From the human T2T-CHM13v2.0 reference genome, Homo sapiens, in the NCBI RefSeq assembly GCF_009914755.1, contig NC_060930.1: DNA of 64,000 nucleotides, one strand, 5' to 3'. The notes under the pieces are model-generated. The model saw nothing but the letters and a program-made list of their open reading frames with translations. It did no database searches and was not told the DNA's origin. Positions within the stretch are counted from its first letter, which is position 1. The number at the start of each line of letters is the position of its first letter. Shown here piece by piece: positions 1-15,767 of this stretch. The position numbers and the translations under genes are program-made.

Positions 1-124
1 GCTGGAGTTATTGAGTGACTCCAAATACAGAAACTATGTAGCAGCAATTGACAAAGCACTAAAGAATTTTGAATACTCCAGTGAATGGGCAGATTTGATA
101 TCAGCACTTGGAAAACTTAATAAG
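1..124 (+). CDS. DOP1A: DOP1A coding exon 1 (5'-truncated by window edge)
   Basis: Frame from base 2 reads [41 protein letters not shown], the Dopey N-terminal motif; donor AAG|GTATGT, phase 0. Confidence 0.96.
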
Positions 125-823
125 GTATGTCTGTATTATCCATTTCATAAAAGGAGTAAAAATTAGAAATCTGTGTTTGTACTTGTTAGATTTCTCGAAA
201 TCTTGAAGTAAGAATGCAAAAACATAAATGAACCTTAGATTACTCTTGGTAGTGCTATTTTTCTTCATGAGTTGCATGCCTGTGTAGTCAAGCATATTAA
301 GGCTTTGGAAGTTTTAATTCAAAGAAATAACAATGCTTGAAAAATATAGTTATCGCCATGATTATCAGCTATAAAAACAGAAGAGAAGGAAGCAAATATG
401 CTAACTATGAGGGCTAGTAAATTTCTGTAATGGAGCATCAGATATGGTGCTGGAATTCCTGGCAGCAAAATGAAAACCTACAAATGGAAAGCAGTAATTC
501 CTGTGTTCTTTCCAAATGATATATAGCAACAAGGAAACATTTTCTATCCTGGCAAGCTATAGTTATAATTTGGTACTTTTTACAAAGGCGAGTATATACA
601 AGCAGTTGCTTACGCCTTGCAGCTTGTCCTTGAGTAATTCTTCTTGAGACATGTCTGGTTTTTATTCAGTTATTGTTGTGGCATCATTGATCAACCTCTG
701 GCGCTTCATTTTGACCTTTTTATTTTTTAAACATCAATTTTTTTTACTGCATACCCATAGTTAAGGTTTTTTTTAAATTGTTATTGAATGGGAGTGTTTC
801 TAAATATTAAAGAGGTTACATAG

Positions 824-1193
<370 letters not shown>

Positions 1194-1252
1194 TATCAAA
1201 TAGCTTAACATACAAATTAGGAAAGAAGTTTGTCTTAAAATACATACTAAGA

Positions 1253-2215
1253 TGTGTGGGGGAAGAAAACACAGATAGTTTTTCCTCTGCTCTCACCACG
1301 ACAATCAATGCAGAAGATTTCTATAACCCTAAAACAAGTGGTTATTTCTCCCTTACCAGCAAGCAAGCAGTTCTACAGTAGATACCAGCTGGATGTGCTG
1401 CAGTTCAATTTGGACACTATCTACCTGGAGATAGTATCAGATCCCACAGGTTGAGGGCTGAGCCTCATAAGACTGTCCTCCTGTTTTGATGCCAATCACA
1501 AGCCCTAGTTTGTTTTACCTGTGCTTCTGATCAACTGGCTATAAAGTTCCACAATCCTTTCTTTAGCTTTAATTTGCTAGAGCGGCTCACAGAGCTTAGG
1601 GTACTGGTTCATTATAAAGGACATTACAAAGGATACAAGTGAAGAGATGCATAGTGTGAGGTATGGGTGAAGGGACGTAGAACTTTCATGCCCTCCTCAG
1701 GAGTGCCACCCTCCAGGAACCTCCGCATGTGTTCAGCTGGCCTGGACACTCTCTAATCATCCTTTTGGGCCTTTTGAGACTTCATTGGATAGGCATGATT
1801 GAAGCATGGACAGCTGTGTAGAAATGTGATAGGAAAGAAAAGATATGATGTAATACTAACAGACTAAGTGGGGGAACCCAGCAAGGCCCGTCTGTCAGAT
1901 TTTTCTTGGCCTCTCTACAGCATTCCTTCCTTCTGGGTATGGGGCAGGACCCCTTCTGAAATGGGGGTCTTTGACCTACAATGAGACCAAGTAGTCCAGA
2001 GAATTTTGTTACGGCCAGCTCCGAGACAGGGGAAGATTCCTGCCTTAGGGAGAAAAAGGAGATGAGAAGAGGGCAGGAAAAGTCAGAGAGAAATTGTTTT
2101 CTGAGGCCTGCTTCTGAGGCCCAAAGTTCCCCATATTATAATAAGGGCTGTGGGAGTTATGAGCCAGGAACCATGGATGAAAACCTACAGACACACTCTC
2201 ACTCACAATACCACA
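1253..2215 (-). mobile_element. Solo ERV LTR, MER21 family
   Basis: TG...CA ends; reverse complement starts tgtggtattg...ggttttcatccatggttcctggctcataactccca, as I recall MER21; also contains gacactatctacctggagatag..tcagatcccacaggttgagggct. Confidence 0.75.
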
Positions 2216-2686
2216 CCAGGACACTAGTTTTCAACCTGATACGACAGATAATCACTTTGATACCATAAAAAGAAAAGTTACCATTTTCAGTATGTCAAGG
2301 ATTTGTCTTAAAATTTGATTCAGAAGCTTCTCTTTGACGTTAGAACTTCTAACATTTATCTTTTGAAGTTTGAATAATTCTTTATTCCTTTACAACATCC
2401 ACAAGAAATTCCATCTAAAAGTACAAGTTTGCTTAAAGGTAGTTAGGTTCTTTTTTTTCCTAAAGAGTTTTGAAGAGTCTGTTTCTGAAGATATACTGGG
2501 AACTCTTTTTAAAGGCAAGTCATTAAATGATGGAAATTAATTTGCCTAATTAGGTACATAATTAGTTTTTTAGATTAACCAATATTCACAAAAGTAGATT
2601 TCATGGTATCTAGATAACTCAAAGAAGAATACCCAAGTTGTTTATGAAGCTTAGCCAAAATTGTGATAGAACAAGGCAAGGATTGC

Positions 2687-2688
<2 letters not shown>

Positions 2689-2723
<35 letters not shown>

Positions 2724-2795
2724 CATATATATATATATACACACGTATACATATATATACACATACACATATATATATGCTCTATTACATATATA
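2689..2795. repeat. Compound (TG)n/(TA)n/(CA) microsatellite
   Basis: Read directly from the sequence. Confidence 0.95.
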
Positions 2796-3711
2796 TACTC
2801 ATACCGCCTTTGATGGTCATTTCATATATTATGGCAAAAAAACACAATTACTTTTGCACTAACCTATTATTTCAACCTCAGTTTATTCTGTAAAATAAGA
2901 CTTTGCATATTTCTTCTAAATTCCAGTTCTAACATAGTCTGTATTCATTCTGAGTCTTCACTTTGTGACATTCTATCAATACTTGATTATAATACTGACT
3001 TCTAGGTTCAAACTAAAGGATTACATTTATTATAAGATCTTCTTTACTTAACTAATCTCCTTTGAGTGGTTGGTAAGATAGGGTCTCTGTACAGAAATTC
3101 TGCCCTGACCATTATTTCTAAGGAAATGTTATGGTTGAATAAATAAAACAAAAAGTTGTTTTGTCCAGTTAGAAAAATCAGTTTATAAAAACAAATGGGC
3201 AATGATAATCTCATGTAGATTTTCTTATAAGCATTAGAATTACTTGCTGTAATTTGATATACTAGGACAATGGTTGTACCTCTTCCAAGTACTGTAAATA
3301 TCTACTTTGAGGCCAGACTTTATTTCAAAGTAGCAAAAATGGATTGAAGGCTGTAACTTTCCATGTTACATGTTCATGTAACATTCCAGCTGTCTTCTCA
3401 CATCAAATATTAAAAATTTACCAAAAAAAATCTAAAATACCTCTCTTCTCCATAAATTTGTTTTGGAAAATATCATTTTTCATTAAAAATGTTATTCTGT
3501 TAACAGGTAACGAGTTTATTTTTTAAACAAATTAATAAAGTTTGTAACATTTCCTCAGTTTTAATTTTAAATATGGTATATATAGGCAAATGTAGCTAAC
3601 AAAACACAAAGACCTACAATGATCATTTTTTATAATACTATGCTAGAAAATGGAAGTAAAATGAATGCAATATTTTGTTTTTCTCAACTACATTAAAATG
3701 CTTTCTTCAAG

Positions 3712-3893
3712 GTTTTACAAAATAATGCAAAGTACCAAGTAGTACCCAAAAAGCTGACCATAGGCAAACGCCTAGCTCAATGTCTACATCCAGCATTACC
3801 AGGTGGAGTTCATCGGAAGGCGCTTGAAACATATGAAATTATCTTCAAAATAATTGGACCTAAGCGACTTGCCAAAGATCTTTTTTTATATAG
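3712..3893 (+). CDS. DOP1A: DOP1A exon 2 (VLQNNAKY...DLFLYS)
   Basis: ttcaag| acceptor, |gtaaga donor, 182 nt, phase 0 to 2; contains conserved [23 protein letters not shown]. Confidence 0.96.
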
Positions 3894-3972
3894 GTAAGAA
3901 TAATTTTACTATATATATACAAATAATATAAAGAAAATGTATTGCTAAACTATTTTATACTTTCTGCACTAA

Positions 3973-4322
<350 letters not shown>

Positions 4323-6161
4323 TCAGATATCAATCTTAAATATTTGAGTTAAGTGATTCAGAAAAATGTAGAACAGTCTTTAATGTCTTTTTGTTTTTTA
4401 TTCTTAGATATCATTTATTAAAAGTTTTCATTCAAAGTTGTTGAGACTATAGTACATTCTACCTTTTTAAGCTTGAAAACTGGCCTGAGAAAAAAATAGG
4501 ATACCTTGATCTCTCAGCAACTTTCAACATGGTTGACTCTTCTCCACTTAAAACAGTCTTTTCCTTTGGCTTTCATTGTACCACATTTTCCTGTTCAGTT
4601 ACTCTTTCTCAGTCTCCTTTACAAGTCTTTCCTCCTCTACCCAAACTCCACACAGAGTTTCTTAGGGCTCATTTAGTGCAGCACCTTCTTATATTTTCAC
4701 TTTGTAATCTCTCCTTAGACAAACTTAGCCATACCCATGATTTATTTTTTATTTTAAATTTTATTGTGTACATTTAAGATACACAACATGATGTGAGATA
4801 CCAACAGATAATAAAACAATTACTGTAGATAAACAAATTAACATAGCCATCATCTTACATAGTTACCTATTTTTTGTGTATGTGGCAGGAGCAGTTAAAA
4901 TCTATTTAGTAAAAATCCCAAATAAAATATTATTAATTATAGTCTTCATGTTGTACATTAGATCTCTAGATTTGTTCATCTGACATTTCCCATTTTCTCC
5001 TGCCCTTGGTAACAACTGTTTTATCTTCTATATGCTGACTCCCAGCTGGACATTTCCAGTGCTGGCAGCAGCTTTAAACTCCTGCTTGCTTGACATCGCC
5101 ATATAGATCTTTAAAGGCAACTAAAGTTCAACCTGTTTAAAACTAAACTTTCCTCTTCTCCTATTGACCTGACCTTCCTGCAATGTACTGTATTAAAGCT
5201 CAATAAATGGTATCACCATCTATCCATTTATATAACCCTCAAATCTGAGAGTTACACTTGTTACCTTGTTTTCCCCACCCACATTTTCCCACCTCCGGTG
5301 TACACAGTCTGTTGTTCAGAGTTATGTCTCATGGTGGTTAAGAGAAGAGATGGCAGGGTCAAACTAGCTCTGTGATCTGGGGCCATTGTCCTCACCTGTT
5401 TGTGTTTGTGTCCTCACTTGCACAACAGAAATAAGATTATCAACCTCATAGGGTGGTTAATAGAATTGAAAGAGTTCATACATGTAAAATGCAATGGGCA
5501 ACTTACAGTAAGTTCTTAATACATGTTAGCTACTATTCTGATATATGTCTCAAATACATCTACTTCCCTGAACCTTCACTGGCAGCATGCAGTCTAAGTA
5601 AGCATCATCTCTAGCTCAGGCTTCGTCACTGGCCTAACATTGATCCACCATCTGTTCTTATCCTCTTCTACCCTGTTCTCCACATAGTACCAGTGTAATC
5701 TTTTTAATATATTAAATAATGTTACCGTCTTGCTAAAAAGTCTATTGACTGCTTCTCAGCACACTTCAGAAAAATTAAGAAAAAGGCTTTAACATGGCTT
5801 TGAAGACTTTACTTCCTGAAGTACTCTGACCCTGGCTTTGTCAGTGACCTCAACTCTTAATAAACTAAAACTAAACTATTATTCTTTTCCCCCCAGTTTA
5901 TTCCACTCAGGTCCACAGGTCTCTTTGCTTATTATTACTCATTTTCTTTGCTATTCTCTTGCCCTGTAACTCTCAAATCCAGGTCTCTGATCAGATATCA
6001 GCTCCTCAGAAGACTTGCTTAATTATCATCTGAAATGGCCCTTCTTCCACATTTTTATCCCTAGTATTCTATTCTATTGTGATGTGTTTTTAGGTAGGTT
6101 TTTATTATTATTATTATTTATCCTGTTGGTATTTGTTGGACTTTAAAAAATCTGTGAATTG

Positions 6162-6497
6162 GATAAAAAGGAATGAAATAATGGCATTCACAGTAACCTG
6201 AATGGAATTGGAGACCATTATTCTAAATGAAGTAACTCAGGAATGGAAAAACAAACATCGTATGTTCTCACTTGTAAGCGAGAGCTAAGCTATGAGGATG
6301 CAAAAGCATAGAATGATACAGTGGACTTTGGGGACCCAGGAGAAAGGGTATAACAGGGTGAGTGGTAATAGACTACACTTTGGGTACAGTGTACACTGCT
6401 TGGGTGATGGGTGCACCAAAATCTCAGAAATCTCCACTAAAGAACTTATTCATGTAACCAAACACCACCTATTCCCCAAAAAAACCATTAAAAAAAT
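6162..6497 (+). mobile_element. 5'-truncated L1 3' end (L1PB-like)
   Basis: L1 3'UTR motifs (gaagtaactcaggaatggaaaa, gggtgatgggtgcaccaaaatctcag), A-rich tail, TSD aatct(g/a)tgaattg at 6149-6161 and 6503-6515. Confidence 0.85.
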
Positions 6498-6519
6498 TTT
6501 TTAATCTATGAATTGATGC

Positions 6520-7970
6520 CTTTCACCAATTTTGGAAAATTTTCAACCACTATCTTTTGAGATTGCCTTCACCACATCTGTTCTCTCCCCACTTATTAGG
6601 TCTTCCCACTATGGCTTCTCCATCTCTTAACCATTTTTCATATTTTCTAACTTTTTGTCCTTATGTGCTTCATTCTCAGGAATTTCTTCTGACCTAGTTT
6701 CCAGGTCACTAATTCTGTCTCTCCTTTTCTTAACGACTTAACTTTTCTTTTAAACTGTTGATATAATTTACATTCAATAAAATGAACAGATTGTAAATGT
6801 TCAATGTGATGAGTTTTGACAAATTTAGTCAATTTCGTAGCCACTGTTCAAAATAAGATATAAAACATTCTTGTCAACCCAGCAAGTTCCCTCCTACCCC
6901 CTTCTAGTGAAAACCCCTACTATCCAACTATATGTATTACCCTTATTCTGCAGCTTAACTTTTAAAACTTTCTAAATGGTATCTTTGAAGAACCAAAAGT
7001 TCTTTATGCTGTCTTTTGAAGAAAGTTTTTTTTAGTTTAATGAAGTCTGATTTATCAACCTTTTATTAAGTAGTCCTTTTTGCTTCTTATTTAAGAAATC
7101 TTTGCTTGGTATATTGCTGCTAGAATGTAGAAATATGAAGGTGTTTTTCTGTATTGACATTGTATTCAGACACTTTGTCAAGTTCACTTGTTCTTTCTAA
7201 TAGCTTTTGGAATTTTGAGATATAGTCACACTATCTGTGAATGGTGAGTTTTCTTTTCCGATTTTAATAATTTCATATCTTTTTTTGCCTTATTGTATTG
7301 ACTAGGGTCTATAGTAAAGTGTTAAAGAGAGTGGGGGCAAGTATATCTTTGTCTTATTTCTCACTCCAGGTAGAAAATGTTAAATATTTTTGAAGGTTCA
7401 ATCAACCCTTCATTTCTGGAATATATCCAGTTGGCTCATGATTTAGAATCCTTTTTTTCCATCTTTGTTTAGTAGAGAATGGCTATGATTTTACATTTTT
7501 ATCTAATTTTGTTTTCTAGTATATGTTAACTTTCAAATTGTTCTCGTATTCTGTTCTCTGGAACAGTTCTCATAACATTGGTATAATTATTTAGAAGGTT
7601 TTATCTGAAATTTATCTTTGTGGGAAGATTTGTAATTACAGATTAATTTCTTTAGTAGTTATGGGACTATTCAAATTTATTTATGTCAGTTTTAATAAGT
7701 TTTTTCTCTCAAAATTTGCCTACTTTTACTAAATTTTTAGATGCATCAGCCTAAAGTTCTTAATATACTGTTATCTTTGTAGCATGTAGGATCTATAGTG
7801 ATGTCTCCTCTTTCACTCTTGATATTGGTGACTCAAGCCATCCTTTTTTTTTAATTGATCAGTCTTATCAGGAGTTTATCAATTTTGTTAGTCTTTTTAA
7901 AAACCAACTTTTATTTACTGATCCTTTCTACTGTGTATGTGTTTACTCTCTCATTTTTGCTCAGATAAGC
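6520..7970 (-). mobile_element. Old, fragmented L1M-type LINE sequence
   Basis: T-rich degraded antisense L1 motifs (atataatttacattcaataaaatg, ttgctgctagaatgtagaaat); boundaries approximate. Confidence 0.6.
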
Positions 7971-8361
7971 TCTCTCTGACCACCCTATTTAGAACCTGTC
8001 TATGCTCCACTCTCCTTGTTATTCTCCTGTAACTTTTTCTTCTCTGCTGTAACATTTATCACCATCTGATATGTATGTATGTATGTGTTAAGACATATAA
8101 TAACCAAACAATTAAAATATATACATATATACTCTCCAAAAAATAAGCTTTATGAGGTTAAAGAGCAGGAATTTCTTACTGTGATTAAGTGTTCTATTCT
8201 CAGTATCCTGAAGAACTGACAGATAGTATACCCTTAATAAATATTTGTTTAATGAATAAAGAAACGCTATTTGTTATACTCAATTCTTTGATATTTTAAA
8301 ATATTATTAAAGAGAAGTGAGCAAGGAAATATTATTAAAGAGAAATGAACATGGATGTCTT

Positions 8362-8667
<306 letters not shown>

Positions 8668-9533
8668 TGAGCATGGATGTCTTAAAGATAGTATGTAAGG
8701 CCAGTAAAGGTATTTTTGATAGTAATAAATAATACATTCAAAGAATGATATTAAGAAAACTGAGCATTGCTGAATCAGTGTTGCATGTAATTATCTAATA
8801 ATTGGTAGATTTTCCTTTCTCAAGGCAAGATTTACATAATTCATGCCTGCTACTTTCTAACTCTTAACAGAAAGTTTAAGCAACACAGTTATTCTTCAGT
8901 TGTAGTATACCTATTTTTATCATTAGTATGTTACGTAAAATTAAATCTAGAATACCATTTCTAAATATGGCAGATATTCTTGTACACATACACACACGTT
9001 ATGGAGTAAATGATACCATTGTTCTATACTTTTTTGAAGTATAACTATTTTAAAAACTAAAGTTTATATTAAATGTAGATATGTTTATTTTTAATTAATG
9101 ATTTTTTCATCTCAAGGTTTATGGTTTAACATAATTAAATACAAATACTTTTAAAGTTCTATAACCTATTACATGATAGAATACCATATTGCCTCTTCAA
9201 GCTTATTTCTTTTTAATGTGATGCAGTGCACAAAGATGTTAAGAAGGCTAGAAGTGGAGTTTTGAATGCCTTAAAATATTTAGATGAGTATGTAAAGTGA
9301 GCTTTTGGTAATATAAATCTAGATTGCAGACTAGACAGATACTATAGAGCAGTCAGCATTTAGTTGGCAGTTGAAGCCAAGAGAATAATTGAAATTACCT
9401 AGGTACATTGTAAATAACAAGGAGGAAAAAAGGAATGAGATCATTTTAAGAGTATTTAGGAGTCTCAGTATTTAATATCAGGTGGGGGAAAGTAGCCAAT
9501 GAAAAAGAGTCAGAAATAGAAAATGTACCAGGA

Positions 9534-9842
9534 GGCCGGGCTCAGTGGCTCACGCCTGTAATCCCAGCACTTTGGGAGGCCGAGGTGGGTGGATTACCTG
9601 AGGTCAGGAGTTCAAGACCAGACTGCCCAACATGGTGAAACCTCATCTTAACTAAAAATACAAAAATTAGCCTGGTGTGGTGGTGAGTGCCTGTAATACT
9701 AGCTACTGGGGAGGCTGAGGTATGAGAATCACTTGAACCTGGGAGGTGGAGGTTGCAGTGAGCTGGTTGCACCACTACACTTCAGCATGGGCAACAGAGT
9801 GAGAGTCCATCTAAAAAAAAAAAAGAGAGAGAGAAAAGAAAG
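9534..9842 (+). mobile_element. AluS (Sx-like)
   Basis: Starts ggccggg; TSD gaaaatgtaccagga at 9519-9533 and 9843-9857. Confidence 0.93.
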
Positions 9843-11185
9843 GAAAATGTACCAGGAGACAAAGCAGTCCTGAAAGTCAAAAGGGAAGAGCGCTTCAAGA
9901 GAATGCTCTGGTTAATAGTATCACATGTTAAATAAAATAGGATAAGGTCTGAAGATAGAGCATTGGATCTGGCAATTGGTGGACATTGGTGACCAAAATG
10001 AGAACAGTTTCAGTGGAGGAGGTAGAAGTATCGTGATTGATTAATGATGGAAGATAAACAGAAGAAATTCATAAAAATATATATATATTTTAACAGTTGA
10101 TAGAGTTTGGTAGCTTTAAGCCAGAAGGTTAGTTAGAATAAAGATTTTGGGGTTTGGTTGTTGCTGTTTTTTTTTCTCGTTTTAGAATTATGAGGAAATA
10201 TGTGAGTACATTTGTATTAAAAAGCAAAGATGTCAGTTCGGAAAGAAAAATTACAGAAAAGAAAAAAGATAATGGATGAAGCAGGTCCCTGGACAGGCGG
10301 GTCATGGCCCTGGGGCACATGGGAAAAAAGGTAGCCTGGAAGAGACTGAGAGACTGTGACTGTATCTTTAGATCAAACAGTACCTAAAATGGGAGACAGA
10401 AAAGTAGAAAACTGAAGCCATTCTTTCTTGATGATTTCTGTTTTTTATAAACTAGGAGCAAGAGAGATTCCTAATTCATTTGTTCATCACTTGCTAAGTA
10501 CAGGACATGGTGCTTGAAACTTAGGATACAGAAATAAAAATATAGTCATGGTCCTTTGTTTTCTGATATTTACAGTCCGTTGGAAGAGATAGACATTAAG
10601 CAATTCAAATAAAGAATGATAAGTGTTTTAGTAAGTGAATATTGGGTACTATGAGAACATCAAATAGGGGGCCTAACCTAGTCTAATTAGGAGATAATCT
10701 CCCTAAGGAAATGGCTTCTTAGGCTGAGGCCTGAAAGTTTGGGAATCCCCCAGACAAGGAGGGTATAAGTAAGGGAGTGGGAATTGTATCTGTCAGAGCA
10801 GCATATGGAAAGGTATGGGCACTAAAAAGAGCATAGAAAGTTCCGAAAGGAACTAGAAAGGAATTCTTCAGTATAGCTGGAGCAGAGGGTACAGGAGTAA
10901 AATTGGTGAGTATCAGTGGATTGTACAGAGATATGTAGTAGCCATTTCTTAAAAGATGTTAAAGTCCACATTGGCAATGGGAAATCAGTGAAAGGTTTTA
11001 CTGAGAGCTGCTTCAGGGCAATAATGAACCAATACATGTTAAAACATGAAGAGCAAGATATGATAGCAGCTGCTTCTAGGTAGCTATCTGGTGGAGATAC
11101 AATTTGTTATATTCAAAAAATATCTAGGAGAGTGACTTGGAGAGAGAACTTGATGACCTTGATAACTGATTGCAGGTTAGAGTAG

Positions 11186-11483
<298 letters not shown>

Positions 11484-11915
11484 ATGTTAGAGTAGAAGAT
11501 TTTTAAAGCTACTCATGAGGCTGAGGCAGGAAGATTGCATGAGTCAAGGATCAGTCCTAGATTTATAGCTTTTGGTCAGCCAGATAGATAGTGATGCCAT
11601 ATTTTGAAATTGACAGTTATTACAGGGAAGGCACATGTTTTGCTGGGGCACATTGGGGGAGAATTCTGTTTTTGGAATTGTGAAATATGAGGACTTTGTG
11701 AAACAGCTAGGTAGCTATTGGGTTTATAAGTATAAAACCCAGGTGAGAGAACTGGTCTGGTTTAATGGATGTAGTCATTCATATACAGGTATCATTTTTA
11801 AGCCAATCAGTATAACTTTTTCATCAGAAAGAAATATTTATACATATAATTGCATATGAATTAATATTGTATAGTTATTTTGCTTCCTTCTCCTTTGTCT
11901 TTATTTTTTTAATAG

Positions 11916-12086
11916 TTCTGGATTATTTCCTCTTCTTGCAAATGCTGCCATGTCTGTGAAACCAACATTGCTCAGTTTGTATGAGATATATTATCTGCCT
12001 TTGGGTAAAACACTGAAACCTGGTCTACAGGGATTGCTTACTGGTATTCTTCCTGGCTTAGAAGAAGGATCAGAGTACTATGAGAG
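11916..12086 (+). CDS. DOP1A: DOP1A exon 3 (SGLFPLL...EEGSEYYER)
   Basis: Pyrimidine tract + aatag|, |gtaaga, 171 nt, phase 2 to 2. Confidence 0.96.
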
Positions 12087-13130
12087 GTAAGATCATATTT
12101 GGTGCAGTTATGTAATTGAAGTCATGGATTTGTCAGCAAGCATATTTAGGTCAAATATGTTTTAACATCACAAATGAATTATTCTAGACAGTTCAGTATA
12201 TCACATGAATATTTCTATAGCAATGAAACATTATTATAGTTTATCTAGTCTATGTATCATACTGAAAATATAGCTAGTGATAAAAGCATAGACTTCGGAG
12301 GTGGATGTACTGAGTTGAAATCTTGCCTATACAGACACTGAGCTTAGGGAAGTTTTCTTAGTGTCTGAACTTTATTTAGTTTCCTCATCTTTAAAACAAA
12401 CATAATACCTATTTATCTGTGTTATTCTAATAACAAATCACTTAGTCCTTAGCCAAGCACATATAAGTCACTCAAGAAAATTGTGACCCATAATTTAAAA
12501 TAATATAACAGGACATTTAGATTAGTGATAAGAATGGAAGATTAGTCCATGCACTAACAATTTTTAAGTTGCTAATGGGAGAAAATAGCTTAGTACCAGT
12601 ACAGTGCTGTTTCACTAGCTGTTGACGTGGTACTCTTGATATCTAACTATTCAAACAAAGTTATTTGATCTGTTTGGACCCTATTATTATTTTCGGGGAG
12701 TTAATATTTGTAGGCAATGCATGATGGCATTAAGTATCTCTAATATCTCATTACTAATATTCTTATTAAAAAACTAAAATGTATATGGTATTTTATTACT
12801 TAGCGTACTTTAACAACCTAGTGAGGTAGATAGGTCTTGTGGTGGAGTGTTTTGTTGTTGTTGTTCTCTTCATTTTACAGATGAGGAGACTGAACTTAAC
12901 AATGAAGTGACTTCCTCAACATATACAGCTAGTAAATGGTGGAGCCAGGACTTAAATTCAGTCCTCTGACTCTAAAGTATATTCTTCTTTCAGTCTATCA
13001 CACTTGTTTCCAGGGTGGAACATATGACTGTAGCATGGGTGTTTGCATACATTTTTGGAAAAGAATGATTTATTTTTTAAAATATGAAACTAAATGTTTC
13101 CCTTCTTAAACCACTTTATTTATACCTCAG

Positions 13131-13320
13131 AACAAATATGTTGTTGGAAAAGGTTGCTGCTGCTGTGGACCAGTCAGCATTCTACAGTGCCCTGTGGGGT
13201 AGTCTTCTCACCAGTCCTGCTGTGCGTTTACCTGGAATCACGTATGTTCTTGCCCATTTAAACAGGAAGCTTTCTATGGAAGATCAACTTTATATAATTG
13301 GCAGTGATATTGAGCTAATG
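13131..13320 (+). CDS. DOP1A: DOP1A exon 4 (TNMLLEKV...SDIELM)
   Basis: cctcag|, |gtaggt, 190 nt; inside ORF 13084..13365. Confidence 0.96.
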
Positions 13321-13849
13321 GTAGGTCTAAAAATATGGTTGCTCATTTCACAAATATTTCTTTAGAGTCAGGCACTATTCCAGACATATATTGAGGATTG
13401 TATAATGAACAAAGTTCCTATTTTCATCGAGCTTACATTTATCAAGGAAAATTAAAGGCCAAAATAATAATTATTATTTTTAAAAGCTTAACTCCTGGAC
13501 TCAAGTGATCCTCTCACCTTGGCCTCATAGCCTTCTTTATAAGAAGTGAATTTTAGATAAAGTAATATAGCCAGATTCCGTATGGAATTTATGTGAGAAG
13601 ATGTACTAAAACAGATAGTGAAAGATAATAGGAAGAAAAATCACATTTATTGCTTACTTATACAATATTTTTCTTTTTAATTTCAAGATTAACAACAGAG
13701 GGCAAGCTTTATATCTCTAGGGTGCTATACTCTTAATATGAGCAAGGAATAAAAAACCCTCAAGGATCATTTTGAAAAATTAAACAATTTGATTGATCAT
13801 ACTTTACTTTTTCTGCATATGATTATGACATTACTGATATTTTAATGCA

Positions 13850-14980
13850 TATTTCTGGTTAGATTTAGTGAAGTTAATTTATGTACACTGAAATTAGCCC
13901 TTCTTACATTGTAGAGTTACCTGAATTTTGGCAAGCACGTAGAGTCATATAACCACTATTGCAATCAAGACACAGAATATTTACATCACCCTAAAAAGTC
14001 CTCTATGCCTTTTTTTTAGTCACTCCCCTTCCTCTACACTCCCAGGCCCTTAGAAACACTGATCTGTTTACTGTTTCTATAGTTTTGTTTTTTCTAGAAT
14101 GTTAAATAAATCATACTGTATATAAGTGGACTCATTTTTTGTGTTCTTTAAATCCACGTTGGTCAGGCTGGCCTCGAACTCCTGACCTCAGGTAATCCAC
14201 CCACCTCAGCATCCCAAGGTGCTGGGATTACAGGCATGAGCCACTGCGCCTGGCTTGTGTTCACATACCATTAATCAGCTGATGGACATTTGGGTTGTTT
14301 CTATATTTTTTGGGTGTTAAAAATAATGCTCTATTGAACACTCATGTATGAGTTTTAGTATGGACATGCGTTTTCATTTATTTCGGGTATACATCTAGTA
14401 GTGCCATTTCCAAGTTTTTTGGTAACTCTGTTGAACTTTTTGAAGAACTGGCAAACTTTTTTCCAAAGTGACTGCACCAATTTTTATTTCCACTTGCAGT
14501 ATATGCAGGTTTCAGTTTCTCCACATCATTGCCAACACAACACTTGTTATTGTCTTTTTTATTATAGTCCTCCCAGTGGGTATAAAGTATTCTCATTGTG
14601 GTTTTGATTTGCATTTCCCTAAAGACTAACGATGAACATCTTGTGGTTGGTTATTGGCTATTTGTGTATCTTCTTTGGATAAATTTCTATTCAAATCCTT
14701 TGTCCATCTTAAAAATTAGATTATTTGCCTTTTTGTTGTTGAATTGTAGGAGTTCCTTATATATTCTGGATATTAAACCCTTGTCGTATATATGATTTGA
14801 AAATATTTTCCCCCATTCTGTAGATTGTCTTCTAACATTCTTGATAGGGTCCCCTGAAGCAAAAAAGTTTTAATTTTGATCAAATCCAGTTCATCCGGAC
14901 TTGATTTTTTTTCTCTTGCTGCTTGTGCTTTTGGTGTTATATTAGGAAACCATTGTCTAATCCAAGGTACCAGAGATTTA
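13850..14980 (-). mobile_element. L1M (L1MB/ME-like) fragment containing an Alu left-arm piece at 14155-14255
   Basis: Typical antisense L1 motifs (gatggacatttgggttgtttc, gttttgatttgcatttccctaa, tatattctggatattaaaccc). Confidence 0.75.
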
Positions 14981-15482
14981 GTCTTTTTTCTTCAATGCGT
15001 AAGTTTATTAGAAACTGCCAAACTATTTTCCAAAATGGCTATGCTTTTTAAATTCAGGTTTTAAAATATACTGTTACATTTCTTTTGAATAACTTAATGG
15101 AAATTTTAAACAAATCATTTTTTACTTATTTAAACAAATGACACACATGGAAAAATATTTCCAAAATATCACAGTCAAAGGAGTATTCTTTCTAATATTC
15201 AAAGAGCTACTATAGATAAATAAAAACAAGTAGAAAATGGATTTGAACAGATAATTAACTTAAAGGAAATAAGAATAATTTGAACATAAAGAGATGATCA
15301 ACATTGTAATAAAGAAATAAGAGTTTAAACTACACCAAGCCAGTTTTCATGTCAGATGGGCAAAAATACAAATATATATATATATATATAAAGCTAAGCA
15401 AGCATGTGGAGAAACAAACTGTCATGTAAAACTGGTGGGAATATAAAGTGATAGAAACCTAACATAAAGCATTATGCTATGT

Positions 15483-15767
15483 ATTTATTGACACAGTCTC
15501 ACTTTGTCGCCCAGGCTGGAGTTCAGTGGCACAATCTTGGCTCACTGCAACCTCCACCTCCAGGGTTCAAGTAAACTCCCTTGCCTCAGCCACCTGAGTG
15601 GCTGGGATTACAGGCATGCACCACCACACCCAGCTAATTTTTGTGTTTTTAGTAGAGACAGGGTTTCACCATGTTGGCCAGGCTGATCTCCAACTCCTGA
15701 CCAAGTGATCTACCCACCTTAGCCTCCCAAAGTGCTGGGATTGCAGGCGTGAGCCACCATGCCTAAC
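15483..15767 (-). mobile_element. AluS
   Basis: Antisense Alu; TSD agcattatgctat at 15468-15480 and 15768-15780. Confidence 0.9.
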